Below, piece by piece: positions 29,241-39,353 of a DNA stretch of 64,000 bases (positions are counted from its first letter, which is position 1; every line of letters begins with the position of its first letter). Location: contig CAVBHN010000011.1 in NCBI GenBank assembly GCA_963595425.1, positions 243 through 64,242 on the forward strand. Direction: 5' to 3'. The translations under genes and the position numbers were made by a program. Below the pieces are notes generated by a model. That model worked only from the letters and a program-made list of their open reading frames with translations. It was not told the DNA's origin and searched no databases. Source of the DNA: Faecalibacterium sp. CAG:74. GTDB lineage: Bacteria; Bacillota; Clostridia; Lachnospirales; Lachnospiraceae.

Positions 29241-29435
29241 TCAGATCAATAAATTATTAGATAGAAAATATTTTTTATATTGAATGTATGCTTGAAGATA
29301 TCAGAAGCATGGGAGGTATTTAACCCAGTCGGAGAAATCCCCTGCATATAAGCTTTAGTGCAGGCAGGGGATTATGACAAGGCTTAAGGGCAGGCCTTGT
29401 CATGAAGCTCCTGTAAGAAAAAGGAGAAAATCTAA

Positions 29436-30806
29436 ATGAAAGAAGATGGAAAAATTAAATGGAGTACCAGATTCGCATATGGATGTGGTGACACAGCTTG
29501 TAATATTGTATTTGGAATGATCAGTACGCTTCTGACATTGTTTTATACGGATTATGTTGGAATTAATGCAGCAACAATCGGATTGATAATGTTGATTTCG
29601 CGTATATTTGACGGAGTTTCGGATGCGATTATGGGGTTGATCGTGGATCATACAAAATCAAAATGGGGAAAAGCAAGACCGTGGATTTTGTGGATGAGTG
29701 CTCCGTTTGCTATTTCAGCTGTTTTGCTGTTTGCGGTTCCGCATACGACGGCTTTTGTTCAGGCAATCTATATTTTTGTGACCTATAATCTGATCAATAC
29801 AGTTTGTTATACGGCAATAAATCTTCCATATAGCAGTCTTTCGGCTCTGATGACAAGAATTTCATCTGAAAGAGATATGCTTAGTGTTGTTCGAATGGGC
29901 CTTTCTCCTTTTGGAAGAATTCTTGCCGTAACATGCACCATGCCGGTTGTTAAGCTATTTGGCAACGATCAGGCGGCATGGATAAAAACAATGGCAATAT
30001 GGGCATCCATAGCATTTGTTCTTCTTCTTATATGCTTCTTTAAATGTGAGGAGAAGGTAGTAATCGAGGCTAAAGAAAAGCAGGAAAAAATACCCATCAA
30101 AAAATCATTAAAAGCCCTTGCTACAAATAAATATTTTTGGGCAGTAGTCATTTTATGGACTATGCAGAACGGTATATACTGCGTAACAGGAACTATTTTG
30201 CCTTATTATTGTAAATATATCTTCCACAATGATACATGGATGTACAGCGCAATTTACCTTACCGAAACATTGATCATTGTTGCAGCTACCTTTTTCAGTC
30301 CTGTATTGCTTAAAAAATTCGGCAAGAGAAATATGTCTCTTGCGGGTGCGATTCTTGCTCTTGCAGGACAGCTGATTTTCTGCTTGAATCCTACTGATTT
30401 CGGTTTTTTGGTATTTAGCTGTGTTATACGAGGTTTGGGACTTGCTCCGTTGAATTCAATTGTTTTTGGCTTCTTAGGTGATGTTGTAGAATATGGACAA
30501 TGGAAAACTCATCTTCGTCAGGAAAGTCTGATTTTTGCAGGAAGCTCAGTTGGAATGAAGGTTGGTGCCGGCTTAACATCCGCAATCATTACAGGATTGT
30601 TATCCTTTGCAGGATATATAAGCTCAACCACAGGCTCGATAGAACAGCCGGGAAGCGCAATACAGATGATAATAGATGTTTATCGTTTTGCTCCTCTTGT
30701 TGTATGGATAACGGTTATCATTACGCTTAGCCTTTATAAGCTTGATAAAATGTATCCGCAGATCATGAAGGAATTAGCTCTTAGAGAAGAGAGAGGCGAA
30801 TTGTAG
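29436..30806 (+). CDS. GPH-family glycoside/pentoside/hexuronide:cation symporter (second copy in the window)
   Basis: DGVSDAIMGLIVDHTKSKWGKARPWIL signature. About 12 TM segments. 456 aa. Confidence 0.8.
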   Translation: MKEDGKIKWSTRFAYGCGDTACNIVFGMISTLLTLFYTDYVGINAATIGLIMLISRIFDGVSDAIMGLIVDHTKSKWGKARPWILWMSAPFAISAVLLFAVPHTTAFVQAIYIFVTYNLINTVCYTAINLPYSSLSALMTRISSERDMLSVVRMGLSPFGRILAVTCTMPVVKLFGNDQAAWIKTMAIWASIAFVLLLICFFKCEEKVVIEAKEKQEKIPIKKSLKALATNKYFWAVVILWTMQNGIYCVTGTILPYYCKYIFHNDTWMYSAIYLTETLIIVAATFFSPVLLKKFGKRNMSLAGAILALAGQLIFCLNPTDFGFLVFSCVIRGLGLAPLNSIVFGFLGDVVEYGQWKTHLRQESLIFAGSSVGMKVGAGLTSAIITGLLSFAGYISSTTGSIEQPGSAIQMIIDVYRFAPLVVWITVIITLSLYKLDKMYPQIMKELALREERGEL

Positions 30807-30892
30807 ATCAAAAAGATTGCAATTTATATATATCTCATCTTGACTATCGATTCTAAGGTATGATAGCATAAGTACCATAAGATTAAATATAA

Positions 30893-30987
30893 CGTTATAT
30901 GACTGACGGATAGGTGGAATTGACCACATGAAGTATAACGAATATAAACCGACCGTCTGGGGAGAAATGACCCAGGCGGTCTTTTCT
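30893..30987 (+). promoter_or_regulatory. ZTP (pfl motif) riboswitch with intrinsic-terminator expression platform
   Basis: P1 is CGTTATA/TATAACG, enclosing the conserved ACTGACGGA, and P2 is GGTGG/CCAC. The downstream ACCGACCGTCTGGGG matches the CCGCCUGGG element. Pseudoknot GACGG (30905-09) pairs with CCGTC (30953-57), which covaries relative to the consensus GGCGG/CCGCC. The terminator arm ACCGTCTGGG pairs with CCCAGGCGGT, followed by CTTTTCT. It sits upstream of fhs. Confidence 0.85.
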
Positions 30988-31034
30988 ATGATAACTTGTA
31001 ACTATTGTATCGTTTAGATAACAGGGAGGTATTT

Positions 31035-32711
31035 ATGAGCTCTAAATCGGATATAGAAATTGCACAGGAGGCAAAGCCGCTCCTTATTACCGAAATAGCC
31101 AAAAAAGCAGGCATTGATGAAAAATATATAGAACAATACGGAAGATATAAGGCAAAGGTTGATTACAGTTATCTGCGCGATAATGAAAATACGGCTGACG
31201 GAAAGCTTATTTTAGTAACGGCTATCACACCGACCCCGGCCGGTGAAGGCAAGACAACAACATCTGTCGGACTTGCCGACGGTCTCAATAAAATAGGAAA
31301 AAAAGCTATCGCAGCACTTAGAGAGCCCTCACTTGGACCTGTATTTGGAATAAAGGGAGGTGCAGCAGGCGGCGGTTATGCACAGGTTATCCCGATGGAG
31401 GATATTAACCTTCATTTTACAGGTGATTTTCATGCAATCGGAGCAGCAAACAATTTATTGGCAGCAATGATAGACAATCATATCCAGCAGGGAAATGCAC
31501 TTGGAATTGATCCGAAGGAAATCACATGGAAAAGAGCAGTCGATATGAATGACAGACAGCTTAGAAATATCGTTGATGGACTTGGAGGAAGAGTAAACGG
31601 CGTACCGCGAGAGGATGGCTTTGATATAACGGTTGCTTCTGAGGTTATGGCTGTCTTATGCTTGTCATCCGATATAACGGATTTAAAGAAACGTCTCGGA
31701 AAAATTATTATCGGATATAATTATGATAAGGAGCCGGTAACTGCAAAGGATTTAAAGGCAGAAGGAGCAATGGCTGCACTCCTTAAGGATGCTCTAAATC
31801 CTAATCTTGTACAGACGCTTGAACATACACCGGCATTTGTACATGGAGGTCCGTTTGCAAATATAGCACATGGCTGTAATACCGTAACAGCAACAAAAAT
31901 GGCATTGAAATCAGCAGATTATGTTGTGACAGAGGCAGGATTTGCGGCAGATCTCGGAGCTGAGAAATTCTTTGATATAAAATGCCGTGCAGCAGGATTA
32001 AAGCCTTCAGCAGTAGTTATAGTTGCGACTATAAGAGCTCTTAAATATCATGGATGTGTCAAAAAGGATGCTCTGAATCAGGAGAATAAAGAGGCACTTA
32101 TAAAGGGAATGCCTAATCTTATTCAGCATATAGATAATATAAGAAATGTTTACGGCCTGCCATGTGTGGTTGCCATAAATGCTTTTCCGACAGATACAGA
32201 GGATGAATTTAAGACTCTGTTTTCGGAATGTGAAAAAATCGGAGTCAGGGCTGTTTTAAGTGACGTTTGGGCAAAAGGCGGAGAAGGCGGAATCGATCTT
32301 GCTAATGCTGTTGTCAATCTTTGTGATGAAGAAAGCAACTTTAGATTTGCCTATGATGATGAGCTTGGCATAGAAGAAAAAATAGAAGCTATAGCAAAAA
32401 AGGTTTATCACGCAGACGGCGTGGAATTTTCAAAAAAGGCAAAAAAACAGGCAGATAAATTTACAGAGCTTGGATATTCAAGGCTTCCTATATGTATAGC
32501 AAAAACTCAGTATTCCTTTTCAGACGATCCGTCATTAATAGGAGCACCAAGTGGCTTTAGCATAACTGTCAAAAATCTCAGGATTTCAGCAGGTGCAGGA
32601 TTCATAGTTGCGCTTACAGGAGATATTATGACCATGCCAGGATTGCCTAAGCATCCTGCTGCCGAAAGAATAGATATTGATGAGAACGGAAAAATCACCG
32701 GCTTATTTTAA
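31035..32711 (+). CDS. fhs: Formate--tetrahydrofolate ligase
   Basis: [16 protein letters not shown]-loop. About 558 aa. The ATG at 31035 lies 7 nt after GGGAGG. Confidence 0.92.
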   Translation: MSSKSDIEIAQEAKPLLITEIAKKAGIDEKYIEQYGRYKAKVDYSYLRDNENTADGKLILVTAITPTPAGEGKTTTSVGLADGLNKIGKKAIAALREPSLGPVFGIKGGAAGGGYAQVIPMEDINLHFTGDFHAIGAANNLLAAMIDNHIQQGNALGIDPKEITWKRAVDMNDRQLRNIVDGLGGRVNGVPREDGFDITVASEVMAVLCLSSDITDLKKRLGKIIIGYNYDKEPVTAKDLKAEGAMAALLKDALNPNLVQTLEHTPAFVHGGPFANIAHGCNTVTATKMALKSADYVVTEAGFAADLGAEKFFDIKCRAAGLKPSAVVIVATIRALKYHGCVKKDALNQENKEALIKGMPNLIQHIDNIRNVYGLPCVVAINAFPTDTEDEFKTLFSECEKIGVRAVLSDVWAKGGEGGIDLANAVVNLCDEESNFRFAYDDELGIEEKIEAIAKKVYHADGVEFSKKAKKQADKFTELGYSRLPICIAKTQYSFSDDPSLIGAPSGFSITVKNLRISAGAGFIVALTGDIMTMPGLPKHPAAERIDIDENGKITGLF

Positions 32712-32734
32712 GTATTTTTAATAAGGAGAGATTA

Positions 32735-33586
32735 ATGGCAAATATATTAAAGGGTGTACCTGTAGCCAAGGCAATAAATGAACGATCACTTCAAGGTGTA
32801 AAAGAGCTTTCGGATAAGGGGATAATACCAACCCTTGCAATTTTGCGTGTAGGTGACAGAAAAGATGATATAAGCTATGAGAGCAGTGCACAAAAGAAGG
32901 GTGAGGCATTAGGAATTAGTATAAAAAAGATTACACTGCCTGAGAATATTGAAGGTGATGATTTTTACAGAGAGATAATTAAGCTAAATGATGATGAAAA
33001 TGTTCACGGTATTCTTATGTTCAGACCATTGCCCGGCAGTATAGATGAGGATAAGGCACGTAATTTGATCGCGCCCTCAAAGGATATTGACTGCTGTACC
33101 AATGCTTCTCTTGCAGGAGTATTTGCCGGTGTCGATGTAGGCTATCCACCATGTACGGCACAGGCTGTACTTGAAATTCTTGATTATTATAATATTCCGC
33201 TGCTTGGAAAGAATGCTGTGATTCTTGGAAGATCTCTTGTAATAGGAAGACCGGTTGCCATGATGCTTATGCATAGGAATGCTACACCTACAATATGCCA
33301 TACAAGAACACAGAACGTTTCGGATATTTCAAAGAGAGCAGACATTATAATTGCATGTACGGGACAAATGGAATCTGTTGGAGAGGGCTATTTTAAAGAA
33401 GGACAGACAGTTATCGATGTTGGTATAAACTGGAACCCTAAAAAAAATAAGCTTTGCGGAGATGTTTTATTTGATGAGGCCGAGAAGCTTGCGGAAAATA
33501 TAACTCCGGTTCCGGGAGGTGTAGGTGCTGTAACTACTGCGGTTTTATTATCTCATGTAGTTGATTCGGCCAAAAGAATAAAATAA
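32735..33586 (+). CDS. folD: Bifunctional methylene-THF dehydrogenase / methenyl-THF cyclohydrolase
   Basis: VPGGVGAVTTAVLL C-terminal motif and GRSLVIGRPVAMML. 283 aa. Confidence 0.9.
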   Translation: MANILKGVPVAKAINERSLQGVKELSDKGIIPTLAILRVGDRKDDISYESSAQKKGEALGISIKKITLPENIEGDDFYREIIKLNDDENVHGILMFRPLPGSIDEDKARNLIAPSKDIDCCTNASLAGVFAGVDVGYPPCTAQAVLEILDYYNIPLLGKNAVILGRSLVIGRPVAMMLMHRNATPTICHTRTQNVSDISKRADIIIACTGQMESVGEGYFKEGQTVIDVGINWNPKKNKLCGDVLFDEAEKLAENITPVPGGVGAVTTAVLLSHVVDSAKRIK

Positions 33587-33714
33587 AACAGGCGAAATGC
33601 TTTTTGAACTTTTGACCGTGGTATCATATCATATATTATAAGTCTTATCTTGACATAATTTTAGCTTGGCTATATTCTTGCTATGTACTGAATGAAATAT
33701 CATTCGATATGTAT

Positions 33715-33804
33715 ACAGAGTAGAAGTAGCGCGTTAAGTGCCGGCGAACGGGAAGTTGTCGTCGGACGAAGCCTATGGCGCGGTGCTGCTTCGCATTCCG
33801 CTGT
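33715..33804 (+). promoter_or_regulatory. THF (tetrahydrofolate, folT motif) riboswitch
   Basis: The sequence ACAGAGTAGAAGTAGCGCGTTAAGTGCCGG...GGGAAGTTGTCGTCGGACGAAGC...GGCGCGGTG...CATTCCGCTGT tracks the conserved THF-I core segment by segment (GAGUAG, GCGUUAAGUG, GGGA, ACGAAG, GCGCGGUG, CCGCU). It lies directly upstream of folT. Confidence 0.88.
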
Positions 33805-33823
33805 TGTCATATCAGGTGTTAGG

Positions 33824-33868
33824 AAAACTCCTTTTGTGACAATTTAGTGTGACAGAAAGGAGTTTTTT
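33824..33868 (+). promoter_or_regulatory. Expression platform of the THF riboswitch: SD-sequestering helix followed by a T-run
   Basis: AAAACTCCTTT (33824-34) pairs with AAAGGAGTTTT (33856-66). This swallows the folT Shine-Dalgarno and is followed by T-rich sequence just before the ATG at 33871. Confidence 0.6.
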
Positions 33869-33870
33869 AA

Positions 33871-34407
33871 ATGAACAAAAATCAAAAATCAGCAACTCAG
33901 AGTACAGCAAGGATCGCGGTTCTTGCAGCAGTATGTGCGGTTCTCGGATATATCGCACTTGACCTCGGAAACATAAAGGTCACCTTTGAAAATCTTCCGA
34001 TACTTCTGGCGGCTTTTATGTTTGGACCAATCGAGGGTGCTCTTACCGGCGGTATAGGCACGCTTATATATCAGATGCTTCGATACGGGGTATCTATTAC
34101 TACCGGATTATGGATTCTTCCTTATGTATTGTGTGGTCTTGTTGCAGGTCTGATAGTTAAAAATAACAGAAAAGATAAAACCAGAATGTTTATAGCGGTT
34201 ATAATATCTGAATTCATGGTTTTATTTATAAATACAGCTGTAATTTATATAGACAGCAAGATTTATGGATATTATTCTCCGGCTTATGTATTTGGTTCAT
34301 TTGCAATAAGAACCGTTATATGTGCAGTGAAATCGGTATTATTCGGATGTGTGCTCCCGGTTTTAACAAAGGGACTTTCGAAAGTAGTTTTAAATTACAA
34401 TAATTGA
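33871..34407 (+). CDS. folT: Folate-family ECF transporter S component
   Basis: 178 aa with 5-6 TM segments, the ECF S-component layout, and FENLPILLAAFMFGP. The preceding THF riboswitch supports the call. Confidence 0.75.
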   Translation: MNKNQKSATQSTARIAVLAAVCAVLGYIALDLGNIKVTFENLPILLAAFMFGPIEGALTGGIGTLIYQMLRYGVSITTGLWILPYVLCGLVAGLIVKNNRKDKTRMFIAVIISEFMVLFINTAVIYIDSKIYGYYSPAYVFGSFAIRTVICAVKSVLFGCVLPVLTKGLSKVVLNYNN

Positions 34408-34413
34408 GGATGT

Positions 34414-35682
34414 ATGATGGATTTAGATGAAGCAATAGCATATGTAAATCATTATTCATGGAGTAAATCAAGACCGGGTCTTTCAAGAACGACCGAGCTT
34501 CTTGAAAAAATGGGTAATCCGCAGAAAAAGGTGAAATTTATACATGTTGCAGGAAGCAATGGTAAGGGAAGCACCTGCGCTATGCTGGAATCAATACTTC
34601 GAACAGCCGGATATAAAACAGGCTTTTATCTTTCACCGTATATAGAGGATTTTCTCGAAACATTTCAGGTTAGCGGAAAAAATATAGATAATCAGCAGTT
34701 CTGTGAAATTACGAAAAAAGTTAGGGCTATTGCAGAAAATATGGCCGATCATCCAAGTCAGTTTGAAATAAAAACGGCTATAGCTATGCAATGCTTTGCT
34801 GAAAATAAATGCGATATAGTAGTTTTGGAAACAGGTATGGGAGGAGAATTTGATAGTACGAATGTTATCGATGCTCCGATAGCTGCTGTATTTACGAATA
34901 TAGGGCTTGAGCATACCGAATTTCTTGGTGATACCATTGAAAAAATCGCATCAACAAAAGCAGGGATAATTAAAAGCAAAAGCACGGTAATCAGCTATGA
35001 TAATAAACCTGAGGCTTTAAATGTTTTGCGCAAAAGGGCTGAGGAAAAAGACTGCCCTTTTTATGTTGCAAAAAAAACCGATATAGCGCCGATTTCGCAT
35101 AGCCTTGATGGACAGAGCTTTATAAGAAATAATACCGAATATACAATACCGCTGCTTGGATCGCATCAATTGGCAAATACAGCTGTTGTGCTAAAGACGG
35201 TAGATGTTTTAATTGAAAAGGGATATAAAATATCTCAAATGGACATTTCAAAAGGGCTGAGAAATGTTAAATGGCCGGCAAGATTTGAAGTAATAAACAA
35301 AAGCCCTATGTTTATAATTGACGGAGGACACAATCTTCAGTGTGCCGAGGCCTTATCAGGACTTATAAAGGAATATTTCGGCGATACAAAATTCACATTT
35401 ATTACCGGAATACTTGAGGATAAGGATTACAAAAGCATGCTTAAGGCGGTTTCTGAAAATGCAGATGAATTTCTTTGCGTAACACCTGACAGTCCAAGGG
35501 CTTTAAGTGCCGAAGGACTTAGTAAAGCAGCCGCTTCATTGGGATATAATGCATCAGCATTTAACAATACAAGAGATGCAATAGAGGCGGCCTTAAAAAA
35601 GAATCACGGGATAATTGCTTTTGGATCATTGTATATGGCAGGAGATGTCAGAAAATGCTGCCGTGAGGTTTTTAATTTATAG
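34414..35682 (+). CDS. folC: Bifunctional folylpolyglutamate synthase / dihydrofolate synthase
   Basis: Mur-ligase P-loop HVAGSNGKGSTC, ETGMGG, and DGGHN motifs. Confidence 0.88.
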   Translation: MMDLDEAIAYVNHYSWSKSRPGLSRTTELLEKMGNPQKKVKFIHVAGSNGKGSTCAMLESILRTAGYKTGFYLSPYIEDFLETFQVSGKNIDNQQFCEITKKVRAIAENMADHPSQFEIKTAIAMQCFAENKCDIVVLETGMGGEFDSTNVIDAPIAAVFTNIGLEHTEFLGDTIEKIASTKAGIIKSKSTVISYDNKPEALNVLRKRAEEKDCPFYVAKKTDIAPISHSLDGQSFIRNNTEYTIPLLGSHQLANTAVVLKTVDVLIEKGYKISQMDISKGLRNVKWPARFEVINKSPMFIIDGGHNLQCAEALSGLIKEYFGDTKFTFITGILEDKDYKSMLKAVSENADEFLCVTPDSPRALSAEGLSKAAASLGYNASAFNNTRDAIEAALKKNHGIIAFGSLYMAGDVRKCCREVFNL

Positions 35683-35736
35683 TAAGTCTCTAAATGCTTA
35701 TTAAATATATACTTTTAATTCGGAGGAACATATATA

Positions 35737-36372
35737 TTGTATGATATAGAGCTTTCATGCATAGAATTTACCGATAAGCTTGCATCCAAATCGCCGACCC
35801 CGGGAGGCGGCGGAGCGGCTGCATACGTCGGTGCTCTTGCGGCTGCGCTTTGCAGCATGGTTGCAAATTTAACAATAGGCAAAAAAAAATATTTAGCTGT
35901 TGAAAATGATATTAAGGAAATCCTGGATAAAACAGAAATCTGCAGACATGAGCTTATGGAGCTTGTTGCAATGGATGCAGAGGTATTTGAACCGCTTTCA
36001 AGGGCCTATAGCCTTCCAAAATCGAATGAAGCAGAGCTTGCATATCGCAATGAAGTAATGGAAAAATGTCTGTATGAGGCAAGTAAGGTCCCGATGCATA
36101 TAATGGAGGTCTGCTGCAGGCTTATCGCAGTTTTAGACGAGCTTTCAGATAAGGGCTCCGTGCTGGCTGTAAGTGATGCGGCATGTGCGGCTTCACTTGC
36201 AAAAAGCGCCTTAAGATGTGCTAATCTTAATGTACTTATAAATACTAAAAGCATGCAGGACAGAGGCAGGGCTTCAAGAATTAATGAGTATTGCGATGAT
36301 ATGCAGGACTATTACGAAAAGGAAGCCGATAAGGTTTATGATAAAATAAATAAGCAATTGAGAAATATATAG
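35737..36372 (+). CDS. fchA: Cyclodeaminase/cyclohydrolase family protein (FTCD C-terminal-like; methenyl-THF cyclohydrolase/formimino-THF cyclodeaminase)
   Basis: SKSPTPGGGGAAAYVGALAAALCSMVANLT is the hallmark N-terminal motif. TTG start; the nearby ATG is out of frame. Confidence 0.75.
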   Translation: MYDIELSCIEFTDKLASKSPTPGGGGAAAYVGALAAALCSMVANLTIGKKKYLAVENDIKEILDKTEICRHELMELVAMDAEVFEPLSRAYSLPKSNEAELAYRNEVMEKCLYEASKVPMHIMEVCCRLIAVLDELSDKGSVLAVSDAACAASLAKSALRCANLNVLINTKSMQDRGRASRINEYCDDMQDYYEKEADKVYDKINKQLRNI

Positions 36373-36392
36373 ATCACATCGGAGGAGAATAA

Positions 36393-38207
36393 TTGTCTGC
36401 TTTAGATAAAAGTCATATTAGAAATTTTTGTATAATAGCTCACATAGATCATGGCAAATCAACACTTGCCGACAGAATTATCGAAATGACAGGCTTGCTT
36501 ACACAACGGGAAATGCAGGACCAGGTCCTTGATAATATGGAGCTTGAAAGAGAACGAGGAATCACAATAAAGGCTCAGGCAGTACGTACTGTATACAAGA
36601 GCAGCACCGGGGAGGAATATATATTCAACATGATAGATACTCCGGGACATGTGGATTTTAATTATGAGGTTTCAAGAAGCCTTGCAGCATGCGACGGAGC
36701 AATTCTTGTTGTAGACGCCGCACAGGGAATAGAGGCTCAGACTCTGGGAAATCTTTATCTTGCACTGGATCATGATCTCGAGGTTTTTCCTGTTATAAAC
36801 AAGATAGATCTGCCGTCTGCCGAGCCCGAAAGAGTTATCAATGAAATCGAGGATGTTATAGGAATTGAGGCTCAGGATGCCCCTCTTATTTCTGCAAAAA
36901 AGGGAATAAATATAGAACAGGTGCTTGAGGCTATAGTAAATAAGATACCCTCACCAAAGGGAGATGAAAAGGAGCCGTTACAGGCACTTATATTTGATTC
37001 TGTTTATGATTCCTATAAGGGGGTTATAATTTCATGCAGAATCATGAACGGAAGCGTTAAGCGCGGAACAAGGATGCGGATGATGGCTACAGGTGCCGTC
37101 GAGGAGGTTGTTGAGGTTGGCTACTTTGGTGCCGGACAAATGATTCCGTGTGACGAGCTTTCTGCCGGAATGGTTGGATATATAACGGCAAGCATAAAAA
37201 ATGTTGCACAGACCAGGGTTGGTGACACAATAACAGATGATGAAAGACCATGCAGCAAGCCATTGCCGGGATATAAAAAGGTAAATCCAATGGTTTATTG
37301 CGGACTTTATCCACAGGATGGAGCGAAATATCCCGATCTTAGAGATGCACTGGAAAAGCTTCAGCTCAATGATGCCTCATTATTTTATGAGCCTGAAACA
37401 TCTGCTGCACTTGGATTTGGTTTCAGGTGCGGATTCCTTGGACTCCTTCATCTTGAAATTGTTCAGGAACGACTTGAAAGAGAATATAATCTTGAGCTTA
37501 TTACTACGGCTCCAAGCGTTGTTTATAAGGTATATAAAACAGACGGAACATCTTTTGAGCTTACAAATCCGTCAAATCTGCCGGATCCTTCTGAAATAGA
37601 ATACATGGAGGAGCCAATCGTTAAGGCTGAAATTATGGTTACAACGGAATTTGTCGGACCGATAATGCAGCTTTGCGAGGAACGAAGAGGTCAGTATCTT
37701 GGAATGGAATACATCGAACAGACAAGAGCTGTCCTTAAATATATTCTTCCATTGAATGAGATAATATATGATTTCTTTGATGCACTTAAATCTCGTTCCA
37801 GAGGATATGCTTCCTTTGATTATGAGCTTGAGGGCTATCAGAGGAGTCCGCTTGTAAAGCTTGATATCAAAGTAAACAAAGAGGATGTTGATGCACTTTC
37901 ATTTATTGTATTTGAGGGCTCAGCTTATGAGCGCGGAAGAAAAATGTGCGCAAAGCTTAAGGAAGAGATACCGAGACAGCTTTTTGAAATACCGATTCAG
38001 GCTGCGGTAGGCTCTCGTATTATTGCACGTGAAACTGTAAGAGCCATGCGCAAGGACGTACTTGCAAAATGCTATGGCGGTGATATATCTCGAAAGAAGA
38101 AGCTGCTTGAAAAGCAGAAGGAAGGCAAGAAGCGAATGAGACAGATCGGTAATGTCGAAATACCGCAGAAGGCATTCCTGAATGTTTTAAAATTGGATGA
38201 ACAATAA
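36393..38207 (+). CDS. lepA: Translation elongation factor 4
   Basis: [32 protein letters not shown], and the LepA C-terminal domain. TTG start after GGAGGAG. Confidence 0.92.
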   Translation: MSALDKSHIRNFCIIAHIDHGKSTLADRIIEMTGLLTQREMQDQVLDNMELERERGITIKAQAVRTVYKSSTGEEYIFNMIDTPGHVDFNYEVSRSLAACDGAILVVDAAQGIEAQTLGNLYLALDHDLEVFPVINKIDLPSAEPERVINEIEDVIGIEAQDAPLISAKKGINIEQVLEAIVNKIPSPKGDEKEPLQALIFDSVYDSYKGVIISCRIMNGSVKRGTRMRMMATGAVEEVVEVGYFGAGQMIPCDELSAGMVGYITASIKNVAQTRVGDTITDDERPCSKPLPGYKKVNPMVYCGLYPQDGAKYPDLRDALEKLQLNDASLFYEPETSAALGFGFRCGFLGLLHLEIVQERLEREYNLELITTAPSVVYKVYKTDGTSFELTNPSNLPDPSEIEYMEEPIVKAEIMVTTEFVGPIMQLCEERRGQYLGMEYIEQTRAVLKYILPLNEIIYDFFDALKSRSRGYASFDYELEGYQRSPLVKLDIKVNKEDVDALSFIVFEGSAYERGRKMCAKLKEEIPRQLFEIPIQAAVGSRIIARETVRAMRKDVLAKCYGGDISRKKKLLEKQKEGKKRMRQIGNVEIPQKAFLNVLKLDEQ

Positions 38208-39324
38208 AGAAATAGAATGCTATATTCATATTCCGTTTTGTATTGAAAAATGCAGCTATTGTGATTTTTTATCATTTAAAGCTACCGAGGCTGTAAAACA
38301 CAGCTATGTGGACTCGCTTATAAGAGAGATAGTTTCTAAAAGCAATGAAAATTTGACGTTTTCTACCATATTTATAGGAGGCGGAACTCCGTCATCTTTA
38401 TCTAACGGTGAAATAAAAAGAATATTAAAGGCTTTAAAGGATAATTACAATATTTCAAAGAATGCGGAAATTTCGATAGAGGCCAATCCATGTACGATAA
38501 CAAAAAAGAAGCTTGAGGAATATCTTGAAGCAGGCATAAACAGAATATCAATAGGCTGTCAAAGCATGGATGATAAGCTGTTGAGGGAGCTTGGAAGACT
38601 TCATGATTCTTCTACTTTTTTGCAGGCCGTAAAGCTTTCAAGGGAAGCAGGCTTTAATAATATAAATGCTGATCTTATGTTTGCTATACCCGATCAGACA
38701 TCAAAAATGTGGATCGAAACCTTAGAGAAAGTAGCAGAGCTGGAAATTCCGCATATATCTGCATATAGTCTTATCCTGGAGGAGGGAACAAGGCTTTATA
38801 ACCGTCGTGATTCCTTAAAGCTGTGTTCGGAGGAGGAGTGCGCTCTCATGTATGAGGACACGCTCAGAATTTTGAGGCAGCATGGATTTGAAAGATATGA
38901 AATATCCAATTATTCAAAAAAAGGATATGAATGCAGACACAATATAGGATATTGGACAGGAGCTTATTACAAGGGCTTTGGCATAGGCGCTTCCTCATAT
39001 GAAAATAATATGCGCTATAAAAATACCGAGGATATAAAAAAATATATCAGCATTCAAGATGATTATGAGGATGCCAGGTGTGATATAATCGAGCTTGATA
39101 ATAATGACCTTTACAGCGAATTTGTTATTCTGGGATTGAGACTTACAAACGGCATTTCCGTTAAGGAGTTTAAAAAAAGATTTGATAAGACCATTTTTGA
39201 GATTTTTGATTCAGAGCTGAAAAAACACATTGAGCTTGGTACATTGATTTATAAAAATAATAGAATTTATATTCCTGAAAGATATATGTTTGTCTCAAAC
39301 AGTATACTTTCGGACTTTGTTTGA
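38197..39324 (+). CDS. hemW: Radical SAM family heme chaperone HemW (oxygen-independent coproporphyrinogen oxidase-like)
   Basis: [10 protein letters not shown] (CxxxCxxC) and GGGTPS. The conserved lepA-hemW linkage is present, with an 11-nt overlap. Confidence 0.85.
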   Translation: MNNKEIECYIHIPFCIEKCSYCDFLSFKATEAVKHSYVDSLIREIVSKSNENLTFSTIFIGGGTPSSLSNGEIKRILKALKDNYNISKNAEISIEANPCTITKKKLEEYLEAGINRISIGCQSMDDKLLRELGRLHDSSTFLQAVKLSREAGFNNINADLMFAIPDQTSKMWIETLEKVAELEIPHISAYSLILEEGTRLYNRRDSLKLCSEEECALMYEDTLRILRQHGFERYEISNYSKKGYECRHNIGYWTGAYYKGFGIGASSYENNMRYKNTEDIKKYISIQDDYEDARCDIIELDNNDLYSEFVILGLRLTNGISVKEFKKRFDKTIFEIFDSELKKHIELGTLIYKNNRIYIPERYMFVSNSILSDFV

Positions 39325-39353
39325 GCAGATTTTTATTATAGGAGTTGTTTGAT

